64,000 nt of DNA from Candidatus Poribacteria bacterium (GCA_965242965.1 OZ251518.1:3968001-4032000), one strand, 5' to 3'; shown: positions 48,555-58,907, numbered from the stretch's first letter. Numbers and translations are program-made. The notes: a model not told the origin generated them from the letters alone.

Positions 48555-50198
48555 TTAAGAATTTCCTATCTGTTGAATAACCTTCTCGGCGCGGGAAATT
48601 AACGCGTGCCGCTCCTCTGCCGGAAGCGGCGCGGGGGAAAACCGATAGTAATCGCACTGCGCCAAGATATCCACGACTTCCTGAATTGTGGCATCCGAGA
48701 GCCCCGCCTGCGCGCAAGTTTCGCGCACCGCATCAGGACTGGCAGAGCCCGCGACAAGCGAGATGCCTAACGTTTCACTGAGATATTCATATAAGACTTG
48801 GGCGATGGCATTCCCGAACGCCGTGGCGTTGTCTGCACGACTCTCCAAGATTTCCGTGAGCGTCGCGAGAGCCTCCTGTTCTGGCGGCACGTCGTGCTCT
48901 TCAATTTCCGCACGCGCGCTTGCCCGACGGCGATACCATAAATAGCCTCCCGCAACAAAACCAATAACGAGCACGGAGAGCCCTATTAAGAGCAACCACT
49001 TCCCCCACGCCACGCCATCGGGTTCAACCTCAACCAGCGCGCTCGGTTTCGGTGTCACGGTAAACGGAATCGGTGCTGTCTCTGTCGTTTGGTAGGTGCC
49101 GAGTTCCGGCGCGAAATAGGTATAAGAAATCGCAGGGATGCGCACTGTCCCGGCTTGCGACGGCACAAGCGCGTAGGCATAAACGTAACTCTGCTGCGTA
49201 GAACCGACACCGGGATTCGGACCGGATACGGTGACACCCGGTATCGCTGGAATCTGTGGCGCGGTGAGCGTCTGCATGTTGCCGCGTCCAGAGATACGCA
49301 CGGATAACGTGAGTCCTCTTCCCACTTCAACGCGAGTTTTGTCGATTTGCGCGGTGATTTGGTAGTCGCCGATAGCACCAGAAAACGGTGCGCTGTTGGA
49401 AGCTGCGTCTACCGGCAGAGCCGGCAGTGGCCGCACAGACAACGTGAGCGGTTTGGTTTTCAACGTTTTTGGAGCTCGGTTGAGCGGCAGCCTCAGTGAA
49501 GCGGGTTCAATGACAATACTGCCCGTTTTCTGTGGATAGAGCCGCCGCACCTCCGCCTGCACATGAAACGTTTGTCCGCGAATCCGCTTTGTCTCGTTCA
49601 GCGGCGCGGGGAGCTCTGTCACTAAAAAACCTGAAAAATCGGGAAGCGTGGCGACTGGCGATTCTCGCGTCGGCAACACGGTGGTGTAGAGATAGCGGAA
49701 CGTATACGTCACCTCCTGATTGAGATAGGGGTTTGAAGGCGTTACCTCCGCCTCCACTTGATGAACCCCATCAGTGGAGGTATCCCGATACGTGTCTTCA
49801 CCACTCACCCGAACAGTGCCGGGATTCGCGAAATAGGGAGTGCCTTGATATGAGAAACGGACATCCGAAAGCGCGAAATCACCTATCTCCTGTGGAATCA
49901 GTTCATAATACCACGCCTTGGAGACAGCGATTTTATCGCCTTCTAGCCGCGGCGTGGTGGAAGAACGCAGCGGCACGGCGAGAAACGCAGGCAGAAAATT
50001 GAAGATTGGCGCATCAATATGTTCAATGAATGTCTTCCCGGAGAGCACAAGCTCCAAAGTCGCTTTCTCGCTAAATTGGATGTCCCGCGGTTGGACTACG
50101 GCGGAAACATCAATTTCTGCCGCACCGATGCCCACGAGAAAAAATAACGCGAAAGACGTGGTGATGAGTTTTTGATGATGCGTTGAGAAACGTTGCAT
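48555..50198 (-). CDS. BatD / oxygen-tolerance family protein
   Basis: Signal peptide, three beta-sandwich repeats, 'FSGAIG.Y', 'ISGRGN', 'YF.PE.G.Y', TM, 'CD..RFSP'; follows a BatC-like gene. Confidence 0.75.
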   Translation of the reverse strand: MQRFSTHHQKLITTSFALFFLVGIGAAEIDVSAVVQPRDIQFSEKATLELVLSGKTFIEHIDAPIFNFLPAFLAVPLRSSTTPRLEGDKIAVSKAWYYELIPQEIGDFALSDVRFSYQGTPYFANPGTVRVSGEDTYRDTSTDGVHQVEAEVTPSNPYLNQEVTYTFRYLYTTVLPTRESPVATLPDFSGFLVTELPAPLNETKRIRGQTFHVQAEVRRLYPQKTGSIVIEPASLRLPLNRAPKTLKTKPLTLSVRPLPALPVDAASNSAPFSGAIGDYQITAQIDKTRVEVGRGLTLSVRISGRGNMQTLTAPQIPAIPGVTVSGPNPGVGSTQQSYVYAYALVPSQAGTVRIPAISYTYFAPELGTYQTTETAPIPFTVTPKPSALVEVEPDGVAWGKWLLLIGLSVLVIGFVAGGYLWYRRRASARAEIEEHDVPPEQEALATLTEILESRADNATAFGNAIAQVLYEYLSETLGISLVAGSASPDAVRETCAQAGLSDATIQEVVDILAQCDYYRFSPAPLPAEERHALISRAEKVIQQIGNS

Positions 50199-50246
50199 AT
50201 TTTTTCAGGTATCTGACAGATAGAGATGTCCGTCCTTACGGCACGA

Positions 50247-50849
50247 TTACCAATCCTTCTCCCGGCGATAGCCGCTTTTGAATTGCCGTTGCAACGACTT
50301 GCGCCGGATGCTGTTTTCCTTTTCGCGCAGCTGCGCCAATAAACGGCGTGTCTCAGATTCGGAAACGCTCGGGTTCGGGCGTTCCTGCCGCTCAGTTTTT
50401 TGTTGCCCACCTACTTTCGGCTGATTTTGTTGCTGCTGGAGTGCCAATGCAAGGTTGTGCTTGGCATCCGCGTCGGTTGGTGTTAATTGCAGCGCGTTCC
50501 GATAAGCCTCAATTGCTTTGTCAAGTTCGCCTGATTGAAACTGCGCGTTGCCGAGGTTATAGTAGGTTGCGGCGCGCGGTTCGCCTGTCAGAAGCGATGC
50601 CTGAAACGCCGCCGCCGCCATTTCAAATTGCCCCTGTTTGTAGAGCGCGGTACCGAGGTTATAGTGCGCGAGCGGATTATCGGGCTTCTGGCGCACCGCC
50701 TGTTGGAAGGCGTTCATTGCCGCGTCGTAATTGCCTCGCCGATACGCCACGTTACCAGACTGCATCTCGCGATGCCACGTCCCGAACCATCCGCCGAAGA
50801 CAATAGCGGATATGATGATAAGTGAGAGAGTGAGGGTGCGTTTCCACAT
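50247..50849 (-). CDS. BatC-like TPR protein
   Basis: 'GN.AY..G.Y..A', 'YNLGNA', 'DAKHNL.LA', Q-rich linker, C-terminal 'EKDW'. Confidence 0.8.
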   Translation of the reverse strand: MWKRTLTLSLIIISAIVFGGWFGTWHREMQSGNVAYRRGNYDAAMNAFQQAVRQKPDNPLAHYNLGTALYKQGQFEMAAAAFQASLLTGEPRAATYYNLGNAQFQSGELDKAIEAYRNALQLTPTDADAKHNLALALQQQQNQPKVGGQQKTERQERPNPSVSESETRRLLAQLREKENSIRRKSLQRQFKSGYRREKDW

Positions 50850-50913
50850 GGTATCTATTATATACGATAACGCTGTGGATTGCAAGAAATTGTGCAAACA
50901 GGCTGGAACAAAT

Positions 50914-51441
50914 GAGAGTGTTTCATATCTCGATGGCTTCCCGGTAGGCGAGACCTCCTGGTCTCGATGTTCCCGTAGCGCGGGGGCCTATCCCCCGTGA
51001 GTGCTCAAGAACCGTTTTTTTTATCGTAGCGCGGGGGCCTGTCCCCCGCGATCGTCCATTGTCAAGTTATGTTTTTAGGGCCTTTAGGTCCTACATGTCT
51101 ATAGCAACACGTGTCGGCCCGTTTTCAAGGTCCTTTAGGTCCTTAATAAAAAACACGCGGACTTGGCAAAACCTATTAAGGACCTAAAGGACCTTAGGAT
51201 TCTTCGCGGGTGCGCGGGCTATAGACATTAAGGTCCTACGGACCTAAGAGACGTTTTTTCAAGGGGGGGGCTGCCGCCGCTGTCCCGGTAGGCGCGCCGC
51301 CCTATTGCATCGAGACCGGGAGGTCTCTCCTACCGGCAGAAATCGGGACAGGTAGGAGGGACATCCTTGTCCCGATACGCACAGGAACAAAACGCATCGA
51401 GACCGGGAGGTTTCTCCTACACGGTTTTATGAAACACCCTG
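50914..51441. mobile_element. Composite MITE-like REP array with both TIRs
   Basis: GAACAAAT | GAGAGTGTTTCATA ... TATGAAACACCCTG | AAACAAAT (7 of 8 match). Confidence 0.8.
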
Positions 51442-51545
51442 AAACAAATACCAGAATTCTCCATCAATAAGCGCGATTTGAAATCGCGCAGGCGGGATGC
51501 GTTCTACGTGAGTTCTCTCAAAAAAAGCGGACAAAAAAGGCGGAC

Positions 51546-51578
51546 AAAAAAAGGCGGCTTGGGTAAACAAGCCGCCTT
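51546..51578 (-). terminator. Intrinsic terminator
   Basis: AAGGCGGCTTG-6 nt-CAAGCCGCCTT stem followed by a T-tract on the minus strand, just downstream of the 51595 stop. Confidence 0.75.
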
Positions 51579-51594
51579 CTGGAAAGCGAACGCG

Positions 51595-52425
51595 CTATTT
51601 GCGCCGGATATCAGCCCACGTCGTCGTCAACTTCCCTTTCGGTTCAACCGGGGTAAGCGGCGTGATTTCATCAAAGAAACTCTGCTTATCGGTTGCATCC
51701 TTGGGGTAAATGGTGACAGCGTCGTGCGTGGCATCGTCAAAGTGCAGGTTGAAATAGGCGGAGCCGCCGCTTTCACCGCACCGGTAGACAAGGACGTTCG
51801 CGCCTTTTTGCAACTCAACTTCAACGTTATAGTCGACTTGTTGCGCTGCCCCTGTCCAGGCGGAGTTGTTATACCATTTTTCACCGTTAATCCAGATGTG
51901 CGCGTGGTCATCGTGTGCGGGCGACATCACGGAAGTCATGTCGCTCGGTGCATCGATAACAATAACAGCGTAGGTGTCAATGTTATCGGCAGGGCCGCCG
52001 CGGTTCATATTGTCGCCATCGGCCGGATCGATCTCAAAGACGGTCCAGGCGCGTGTGCCGCCGTGGTCATCGCCCCAGACGACATCGGTAGTCTGCGTGA
52101 GAAGCAAGCCTTCCAGCGTGGAGAGGGAGGCATCGGTGATTTTACCGCCGGTGCCTTCATCCATGAAATCAACGAGGGCCGAGACCGCGAATCCGCCGTT
52201 ATTTTCGTAGTTACCATCGGGCCCATACCACTTGGTAATCCACGTTTCAACATCGGCGTGGTCTTCGTTGAGTGCGGCCTCTGTCGGATTTTCCAATTGC
52301 GCGTCTTCGGCGAGCGGGCCGCCGGTAATGTTCACAACGCCTTGCGCGGCGGCGAAGTGCGAGAAACTGACTGCAACGGCGAAAAGCATCACCATTGCGA
52401 GCGTCAAACGAGAAAATGTGTTCAT
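51595..52425 (-). CDS. Secreted PA14-like beta-sandwich protein with C-terminal VEPxGKLTTxW motif (paralog 1)
   Basis: Signal peptide; 'AHDD.A.IWINGE..VELQKGANVL'; RBS AAGGAG. Confidence 0.75.
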   Translation of the reverse strand: MNTFSRLTLAMVMLFAVAVSFSHFAAAQGVVNITGGPLAEDAQLENPTEAALNEDHADVETWITKWYGPDGNYENNGGFAVSALVDFMDEGTGGKITDASLSTLEGLLLTQTTDVVWGDDHGGTRAWTVFEIDPADGDNMNRGGPADNIDTYAVIVIDAPSDMTSVMSPAHDDHAHIWINGEKWYNNSAWTGAAQQVDYNVEVELQKGANVLVYRCGESGGSAYFNLHFDDATHDAVTIYPKDATDKQSFFDEITPLTPVEPKGKLTTTWADIRRK

Positions 52426-52615
52426 TTGAACTCCTTCTATTATTTACGGTAAATTTTGCGCGGGAACAATTTTGTTGCCGCGCGTCTAACAAGACAGAAC
52501 TGACGCGAAAAATGTATACGTTCCGCGTCTGTCCTGCCATTTGATGACATAATTATAGTTTTTCAACACAAATTAGTCAAGAAAAAACGGATTTTCCGTG
52601 CGAACGGATTCGCGG

Positions 52616-53446
52616 TTAGCGATTGCGCTTAATAGCCGCCCACCTTGTTGTCAACTTTCCGGCAGGTTCCACCGGAAGAATGCCGGCGACTTCGTCGAAG
52701 AAGCTGTCCTGGTTCCGCGCTTTGTCGGGATAGATTTTGGCGACTTTGTGCGTGTTGTCGTCAAAGTGGAGGTTCATATACGCGGAACCTCCGCTTTCGC
52801 CGCACCGGTAAAGCACGACATTCGCGCCTTTTTGCAGGTCGACCTCGATATTGTAGTCAACTTCCTGCGCGGCACCTGTCCAAGCGGAGTTGTTATACCA
52901 CTTTTCACCGTTGATCCAGATTTGCGCGTAGTCATCGTGCGCGGGCGACATCACGGCTTTCATAGCCTGGGGCGCAGCCACGACGACGATACCGTAAGTA
53001 TCAATGTTATCGGCGGGCCCGCCGCGGTTCATATTGTCGCCGTTCGCCGGTTCAAGTTCAAAGACGGTCCACTCGCGGGTGCCCCCGTTCTGCTTATCCC
53101 ACTCCATTTTAATATTTTGGGTCTTCTGCAAACCGGCGGCGGTGGAGAGATCAACCTGTGTCAACTTGCCGTTAGTGCCTTCGTCAATGAGGTCCTTCGG
53201 CGCGGAGGCGGGGAATCCACCGTTGTTTTCGTAGTTACCGTCAGGCCCATACCACTTGGTAATCCACGTCTTCTCCCCGGCATGGCTTTCGTTCAGCGGA
53301 GCTTCTCCCGGGTTTTTCAGCCAATCGGCCTCTTTTATTGGGCCGTCTTTGATGTTGACTTTCTGCGCGAACGCAAGGTGCGAGCTGCCCGCAGCCAGCG
53401 CGAAAATTAGCGCGATTGCGAGCAGAAAGGAACAAAATTTTTTCAT
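52616..53446 (-). CDS. Secreted PA14-like protein with C-terminal motif (paralog 2)
   Basis: Collinear with neighbours; RBS AAGGAG. Confidence 0.75.
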   Translation of the reverse strand: MKKFCSFLLAIALIFALAAGSSHLAFAQKVNIKDGPIKEADWLKNPGEAPLNESHAGEKTWITKWYGPDGNYENNGGFPASAPKDLIDEGTNGKLTQVDLSTAAGLQKTQNIKMEWDKQNGGTREWTVFELEPANGDNMNRGGPADNIDTYGIVVVAAPQAMKAVMSPAHDDYAQIWINGEKWYNNSAWTGAAQEVDYNIEVDLQKGANVVLYRCGESGGSAYMNLHFDDNTHKVAKIYPDKARNQDSFFDEVAGILPVEPAGKLTTRWAAIKRNR

Positions 53447-53606
53447 AAAGGTTTTTCTCCTTGTCGGTTATGTGCTTCCGATACATGTCTGTCATTCAGG
53501 AACGATGCGCCTGAACAGTCAAAATCGGGAGCTCTTAAACTACAGGTGGGGTATGAGTTGTCAGGACAGATAGTTAACGACATCTGTCCTGACATCCGAT
53601 TCTCGG

Positions 53607-54440
53607 TTAGCGGTTGCGCTTAATATCGCCCCAGATTGTCGTCAATTTTCCGGCAGGCTCAACGGGTAGGACACCTGCAACTTCCCTGAAGAAACTGGCC
53701 TGGTCCTTCGCCTTGTCCGGATAGATGTCGACAACTTTGTCGGTTGCATCGTCAAAATGCAGGTTCATATACGCGTGCCCGCCGGATTCCCCGCACCGAT
53801 AGAGTAAAACGTTCGCGCCTTTTTGCAACTGAACTTCAACGTTGAAGTCGACTTGTTGCGCGGCGCCGGTCCAGCGGGAATTGTTATACCACTTTTCGCC
53901 GTTGATCCAAATTTGCGCGTGATCATCGTGCGCGGGGGACATGACGGCTTTCATGTCCTTGGGTGCATCGATGACACAGATGGCATAGGTATCCATGTTA
54001 TCGGCTGGGCCGTCCCTGTTCATGTGGTGCGCGTCCGCGGGGTCCAGTTCAAAGACGGTCCATTTGCGCGCGCCGCCGTTTGCGCCTTTCCAACCGATAT
54101 CGACAGTCTGCGTCAGTTGCAGCCCTTCAACGGTAGAGAGGGAGACCTGTGTCAACTTGCCGTTGGTGCCTTCGTCAATGAGGTCCTTCGGTGCGGAGGC
54201 ACCGAATCCGCCGTTGTTTTCGTAGTTCCCATCGGGGCCGTACCACTTGGTGATCCACGTCTTCTCACCGGAATGGTCTTCGTTCAGTTCGGCTTCCGCC
54301 GGGTCCTTCAGCCAATCGGCCTCTTTTATCGGGCCGTCTTTGATGTTGACCTTCTGCGCGAACGCAGAGTCGATTTGACCCCCCCCGATCAGGGCGAAAA
54401 CCAGCATCGCTGCGAGGGTAAACAAATAAAATTTTTTCAT
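53607..54440 (-). CDS. Secreted PA14-like protein with C-terminal motif (paralog 3)
   Basis: Start MKKFYLF after AGGAGG; collinear with neighbours. Confidence 0.75.
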   Translation of the reverse strand: MKKFYLFTLAAMLVFALIGGGQIDSAFAQKVNIKDGPIKEADWLKDPAEAELNEDHSGEKTWITKWYGPDGNYENNGGFGASAPKDLIDEGTNGKLTQVSLSTVEGLQLTQTVDIGWKGANGGARKWTVFELDPADAHHMNRDGPADNMDTYAICVIDAPKDMKAVMSPAHDDHAQIWINGEKWYNNSRWTGAAQQVDFNVEVQLQKGANVLLYRCGESGGHAYMNLHFDDATDKVVDIYPDKAKDQASFFREVAGVLPVEPAGKLTTIWGDIKRNR

Positions 54441-54646
54441 TCTGAACTTGCCTCCTGAGTTGGTAAGACAATTTTTCTTCAACTTTATGCCGTATTATGG
54501 CAAACTTCCAAAAAATTGTCAAGGAAAAATTCAAAAAAGGAATTGCTAATTAGCAATTGCAAATAATGATACAATTTTGTCAAAAAATTGTCAATAAGAT
54601 TTTTTGTCTATCCAGAGACATTCAGTATTCTGCTGCCCAGTTAAGG

Positions 54647-54924
54647 GAGGGTGTTTCATATCTCGATGACTTCCCGGTAGGAGAGACCTCCCGGTCTCGA
54701 TGTTCCCGTAGCGCGGGGGCCCTCGGATGCCACACGCGCATCCGAGCGGGTTTCCCCGCGTTGTCTCAAGCACCGTTTTTTTTATCGTAGCGCGGGGGCC
54801 TGTCCCCCGCGATCGTTGGGGTGCGCGGACGATGGCGAGGGACAGGCTCGCCCTACGATGAAGGGGGGCTTTCTGCCACAGCGGCCCCGGGTACTGCATC
54901 GAGACCGGGAGGGCTCTCCTACGG
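54647..54924. repeat. Composite REP array with left TIR
   Basis: GAGGGTGTTTCATA 54647-54660; first ~70 bp nearly identical to the array at 50914. Confidence 0.85.
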
Positions 54925-54976
54925 TAGAACGCGGGTGGGTGTATCAACGTTCGGTGTTTTCCGTTTGACGCGAGCG

Positions 54977-56017
54977 TTACCGGCTTTGTTTCTTCTGCGA
55001 GGCGTGCTTTATCTTTCCCCACTGCGTCGGCAACTTCCCGTGCGGTGAGACAGACAACGCGCCTTCTACCCAGTCGGGCCACTTCTCATCACTCGGTTCG
55101 CGTGTGATGCGTTTCAGACTCCGCGTGTCAAACGTATAGCGATAGAGGTTATAATTCGGGGTGGCTTTATCCTTTAACATCAGTGAAAAGAGAATGGCAC
55201 GATCCTTCTCCATCCAACATGCAGTGGATCCTACCCAATTGTTACCGAGTCTGTCATTAATATCTGTAATTTCCTTTTTCCGGCGGCCGATCCGCTGAAC
55301 GATGAGTTTCTCGAGATGTCCATCTTTAAGCCACTTGACTTCAGCGAAGAGGATCCGTTGTCCATCCGCAGACCAACGCGGAAAGAACCGGAGGGTGGGG
55401 AGGTCGCCTACCTCTGGATCCGGGAGAAGCGGACGCTGGTGCTGCCCATCCGCAGACATCACGTAAATATTTTTCGGGTTGAGCCCGGCTTTGATGCAGA
55501 GGAACCGCTCAAAAGCCAGTTGCGTGCCATCGGGGGACCAGTCCGGGGCAACAGAGCCTCTCCCGTTATCGTCTGCCAGGGTTAACTGTGTAACGGCACC
55601 CGACACCAAATCAAGGACGTGCACCTCACCTCTTCCACTTCGATCGCTCATAAAGGCGATTTTTGTGCCATCAGGAGACCAGGAGAGATAGTGATCAGTG
55701 ACGTTGTTATGGGTGAGTCGTTGTGGTTCTGTTCCATCTGCATTCATCAGGAACAGTTCCGACGAGGTTTGTATCTTGTCCTTGTCCATGTATCGCGTAA
55801 AGGCGATTTTTGTGCCATCGGGAGACCAGCGCGGGTAACTGTCTTTCGCCGTGGTATTGTGGGTCAGCCTGCGTCTGCCAGAGCCATCATCGTTCATGAC
55901 ATAAATGTCATTGTCCACACAAAAGACAATCTTCGCATCAACGCAGACCTGCGCACCGGCGAACAAGAGCAGACTGCAAGCGAAGAAAAATATGAAGGCG
56001 TTTTTTTGACTATTCAT
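54977..56017 (-). CDS. Secreted TolB-like PD40 beta-propeller with the same C-terminal motif
   Basis: Repeated 'P.WSPDG.KIAF'; ends 'SVSPHGKLPTQWGKIK'; TTGACA-17-TATAAT upstream at about 56105-56133. Confidence 0.85.
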   Translation of the reverse strand: MNSQKNAFIFFFACSLLLFAGAQVCVDAKIVFCVDNDIYVMNDDGSGRRRLTHNTTAKDSYPRWSPDGTKIAFTRYMDKDKIQTSSELFLMNADGTEPQRLTHNNVTDHYLSWSPDGTKIAFMSDRSGRGEVHVLDLVSGAVTQLTLADDNGRGSVAPDWSPDGTQLAFERFLCIKAGLNPKNIYVMSADGQHQRPLLPDPEVGDLPTLRFFPRWSADGQRILFAEVKWLKDGHLEKLIVQRIGRRKKEITDINDRLGNNWVGSTACWMEKDRAILFSLMLKDKATPNYNLYRYTFDTRSLKRITREPSDEKWPDWVEGALSVSPHGKLPTQWGKIKHASQKKQSR

Positions 56018-56275
56018 CTGTAGACTCCTCAGGGAATAGAGAAATCTGCCCTTACGTTTGCGGCACTTTGCGTGTGCGTTGCCAAACCTTTCGTATTACG
56101 GTTAATTATACCACAAAAAGTGTTGGATGTCAAATTTTTGGAAAAATCCGTGAAAAATCTGCATCGTGGATTAATCTATCACATTTCGCTGTTTTTTCTC
56201 AAGTTTCCGATATTCTTTTTCTGTACCCACGTCAACAGAGGAAAACTAAAGATTCTGACATTTTCTAGATTTTTC

Positions 56276-56304
56276 TTGACAAAATGTAAAAAAAATGTTA
56301 CGAT
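56276..56304 (+). promoter_or_regulatory. sigma70 promoter of the def operon
   Basis: TTGACA-17-TACGAT with TG extension. Confidence 0.6.
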
Positions 56305-56339
56305 ATTAAAATACGTTAAAAAACAACAGGACTAACAAA

Positions 56340-56951
56340 ATGTCAAAACGAAAAAGAAAATCGAAAGACTCGCAACCAGCTGCCGATGCCGTGGTGGAAG
56401 AAGAACCGTGTTTGCGTCAGACGGCACCGCTACAACTCCGTTACTACGGCGACCCGGTCCTCCGCAAAAAGGCGGAGCCGGTAGCGGAAATTACCGAGGC
56501 GGAACTCCAACTTGCGGAGGAGATGCTAATTACGATGTATGCCACCGGGAACGGTATCGGACTTGCCGCGCCGCAGGTAGGCGTTCTGAAACGCTTCCTT
56601 ATCGTTGACGTGAGTGCGGTTGACGACGAAGAATACGAACCGGTGATGTTGTTTAACCCCGAAATTCTGGGCGAGGAAGGGGAAATTGTCGCGGAAGAAG
56701 GGTGCCTCAGCATTCCGAATGTCACCGCCGATGTGAAACGTCCGGAGAAAGTGGTAGTTGAAGGGATTAACGTTGCGCGTGAACAGGTTCGGATTGAGGC
56801 AGAGGGCTTGTTGGCACGCGCGCTGCAACACGAGATCGATCATCTCAACGGGGTGCTGTTTATCGACAAACTCAGCGGCTTGAAACGACAGCTGCTCGCT
56901 GGCAAGTTGCGGCAGATTCAATTAGCGGAACGCCCGGGAGATAACGGATGA
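56340..56951 (+). CDS. def: Peptide deformylase
   Basis: GIGLAAPQ, EGCLS, QHEIDHLNG. Confidence 0.96.
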   Translation: MSKRKRKSKDSQPAADAVVEEEPCLRQTAPLQLRYYGDPVLRKKAEPVAEITEAELQLAEEMLITMYATGNGIGLAAPQVGVLKRFLIVDVSAVDDEEYEPVMLFNPEILGEEGEIVAEEGCLSIPNVTADVKRPEKVVVEGINVAREQVRIEAEGLLARALQHEIDHLNGVLFIDKLSGLKRQLLAGKLRQIQLAERPGDNG

Positions 56952-57667
56952 AAACCGCCGTCATATTGCTTATTCTCGTGGGTCTCCTGCTGCCGAATGC
57001 CTTAGTGTTTGGAGATCTCACGTTTGAAGATGTTCAGAAAATTCGGGACACTCTCAAACCGGAATTTGACGCAATAAACAAGCTGTTTGACGATGTGAAC
57101 CAACGCCTTGGCGATGTGAACCAACGCTTCAATGTTGTGTGGATGTTCCTGATTGCGGTGCTTGTGGCGGTTATCGGGATGCCCCTCTATCGCGACCGGA
57201 AAAAGGAGCGTAACGGAACGCCCGGGAGGCAACGAATGAAAACCATCGTATTGCTTATTTTCGTGGGGCTCCTGCTGCCGAGTGCCTTAGTGTATGGAGA
57301 TCTCACGTTTGAGGATGTTCAGAAAATTCGGGACACTCTCAAACCGGAATTTGACGCAATAAACAAGCGGTTTGACGATGTGAACCAACGCTTCAATGTT
57401 GTGTGGATGTTCCTGCTTGCGGTGCTTGCGGCAGTTATCGGGATGCCCCTCTATCGCGACAGGAAAAAGGATCGCGAACAGGATGAGAAAATTGCGGCAC
57501 TCACCCGAATCGTTGAGGAACAGCAAGCAGAGATAGAGCAACAGAAAGCGGAAATCTCCAGCCAGCGCGCGGAACTCAACAGCCTGAAAACGCACGTAGA
57601 TCCGCCCGCAGCCGCGCCTAAGCACACAACCGCACTGTCAATAGAATCAAAAGAGGTTAACGGATGA
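56948..57667 (+). CDS. Membrane coiled-coil hypothetical protein formed by an in-frame 288-bp tandem duplication
   Basis: Units start at ATG 56948 and ATG 57236 and are near-identical; ATGA overlaps with def and larE. Confidence 0.75.
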   Translation: MKTAVILLILVGLLLPNALVFGDLTFEDVQKIRDTLKPEFDAINKLFDDVNQRLGDVNQRFNVVWMFLIAVLVAVIGMPLYRDRKKERNGTPGRQRMKTIVLLIFVGLLLPSALVYGDLTFEDVQKIRDTLKPEFDAINKRFDDVNQRFNVVWMFLLAVLAAVIGMPLYRDRKKDREQDEKIAALTRIVEEQQAEIEQQKAEISSQRAELNSLKTHVDPPAAAPKHTTALSIESKEVNG

Positions 57668-58527
57668 GAAATGCCATGGTGAAAACATTGGAATTGCCAC
57701 ACCTGCAAGCGAAAGTAGACGCACTTTATACTTGCTTGCGCGATTATCAGAAAGTTATCGTAGCCTTTTCGGGGGGCGTGGATAGCACTTTCCTCGCGGA
57801 GGCGGCGCAACACGCGCTCGGCGATGATGCGCTCGCTGTCACTGCCATCTCCGATTCCTATCCCATCCGCGAAATGCGGGCGGCGCAGGATATCGCCAAA
57901 CAGATCGGCATCCGTTTTGAAACGGTGCATACCGAAGAATTGGAGCTGGAAGGCTACGCCAGCAACCCGACGAATCGTTGCTACTTCTGTAAGACAGAAT
58001 TGTTCGATAAACTCCGTCCCATCGCCGAGAAATACGATGTCGGCACTATCGTCTACGGCGCGATTCCGGACGATGTCGGAGATCATCGGCCGGGGATGGA
58101 CGCGGCGAAGCGGATGGGCATCCAGGCACCGCTAATTGATGTCGACTTGACGAAGGCGGAGATTCGCGAGATTTCAAAGGCGTGGCAGCTTCCGACGTGG
58201 GATAAGCCGGCGTTCGCGTGCTTGTCCTCCCGTTTTCCGTACGGCATGCGGATTACGCGCGAATTGCTGCGGCAAGTCGATGCCGCCGAGCAGTTCCTTT
58301 ACGATTTAGGCATCCGGCAATTCCGCGTGCGTCACCACGGCGAACTGGCCCGCATTGAATTAGAACCGGCGGAGATGTCGCGATTCCTGCGGACGGATGC
58401 GCGGCAGCAAGTCAGCGCGCATTTCAAAACGTTGGGATACGCGCATGTCACGCTAGATTTGCAGGGTTACCGTTCAGGTAGCCTGAATGAAGGCGTTGCG
58501 AAGATTCTCAGGGGCAAAGCCGCTTAA
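57664..58527 (+). CDS. larE: ATP-dependent sacrificial sulfur transferase LarE family
   Basis: PP-loop 'AFSGGVDS', 'RCYFCK', 'RPG', 'CLSSRFPYG', 'RVRHH', 'GYRSGSLN'. Confidence 0.9.
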   Translation: MRNAMVKTLELPHLQAKVDALYTCLRDYQKVIVAFSGGVDSTFLAEAAQHALGDDALAVTAISDSYPIREMRAAQDIAKQIGIRFETVHTEELELEGYASNPTNRCYFCKTELFDKLRPIAEKYDVGTIVYGAIPDDVGDHRPGMDAAKRMGIQAPLIDVDLTKAEIREISKAWQLPTWDKPAFACLSSRFPYGMRITRELLRQVDAAEQFLYDLGIRQFRVRHHGELARIELEPAEMSRFLRTDARQQVSAHFKTLGYAHVTLDLQGYRSGSLNEGVAKILRGKAA

Positions 58528-58529
58528 TT

Positions 58530-58907
58530 GAGGGTGTTTCATAACTCAAGAAACCGTCCGGTTACCGTAGCGCGGGGGCCTGTCCCCCGTGATCGTCCCG
58601 TAGGAGAGCCCTCCCGGTCTCGATGCAACTCTAAACCTTATTAAGGTCCTACGGACCTTGATAGGGTGCGGCACGTTTTTCTATAGACATGTAGGTCCTA
58701 CGGACCTAAAAGAGCGGTTCGGTGGACCGCAGCATGGCGAGGGACAGGCCCTCGCCCTACGGTGAAAGGGGACCGTTCTGCGGCCAAGAAACCGTCCGGT
58801 TACCGTAGCGCGGGGGCCTGTCCCCCGCGATCGTCCCTACCAAGAGGGCTCGGTAGTCGCCTGCTCCAGGGGCGATAACTACCGAAACGGAGTTATGAAA
58901 CACCCTC
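58530..58907. mobile_element. Composite MITE-like REP array with perfect TIRs and 8-bp target duplication
   Basis: GCTTAATT | GAGGGTGTTTCATAACTC ... GAGTTATGAAACACCCTC | GCTTAATT (18-bp perfect IR in this copy). Confidence 0.88.

Noticed and set aside
51478-54458. Plus-strand ORFs 51478..52452, 52598..53410 and 53823..54458 (also 27801..28775)
   Set aside because: Antisense shadows of minus-strand genes that have signal peptides and RBSs
57664-58527. Complete lactate racemase (lar) cluster
   Set aside because: No larA/B/C in the window; stand-alone larE homologs are common
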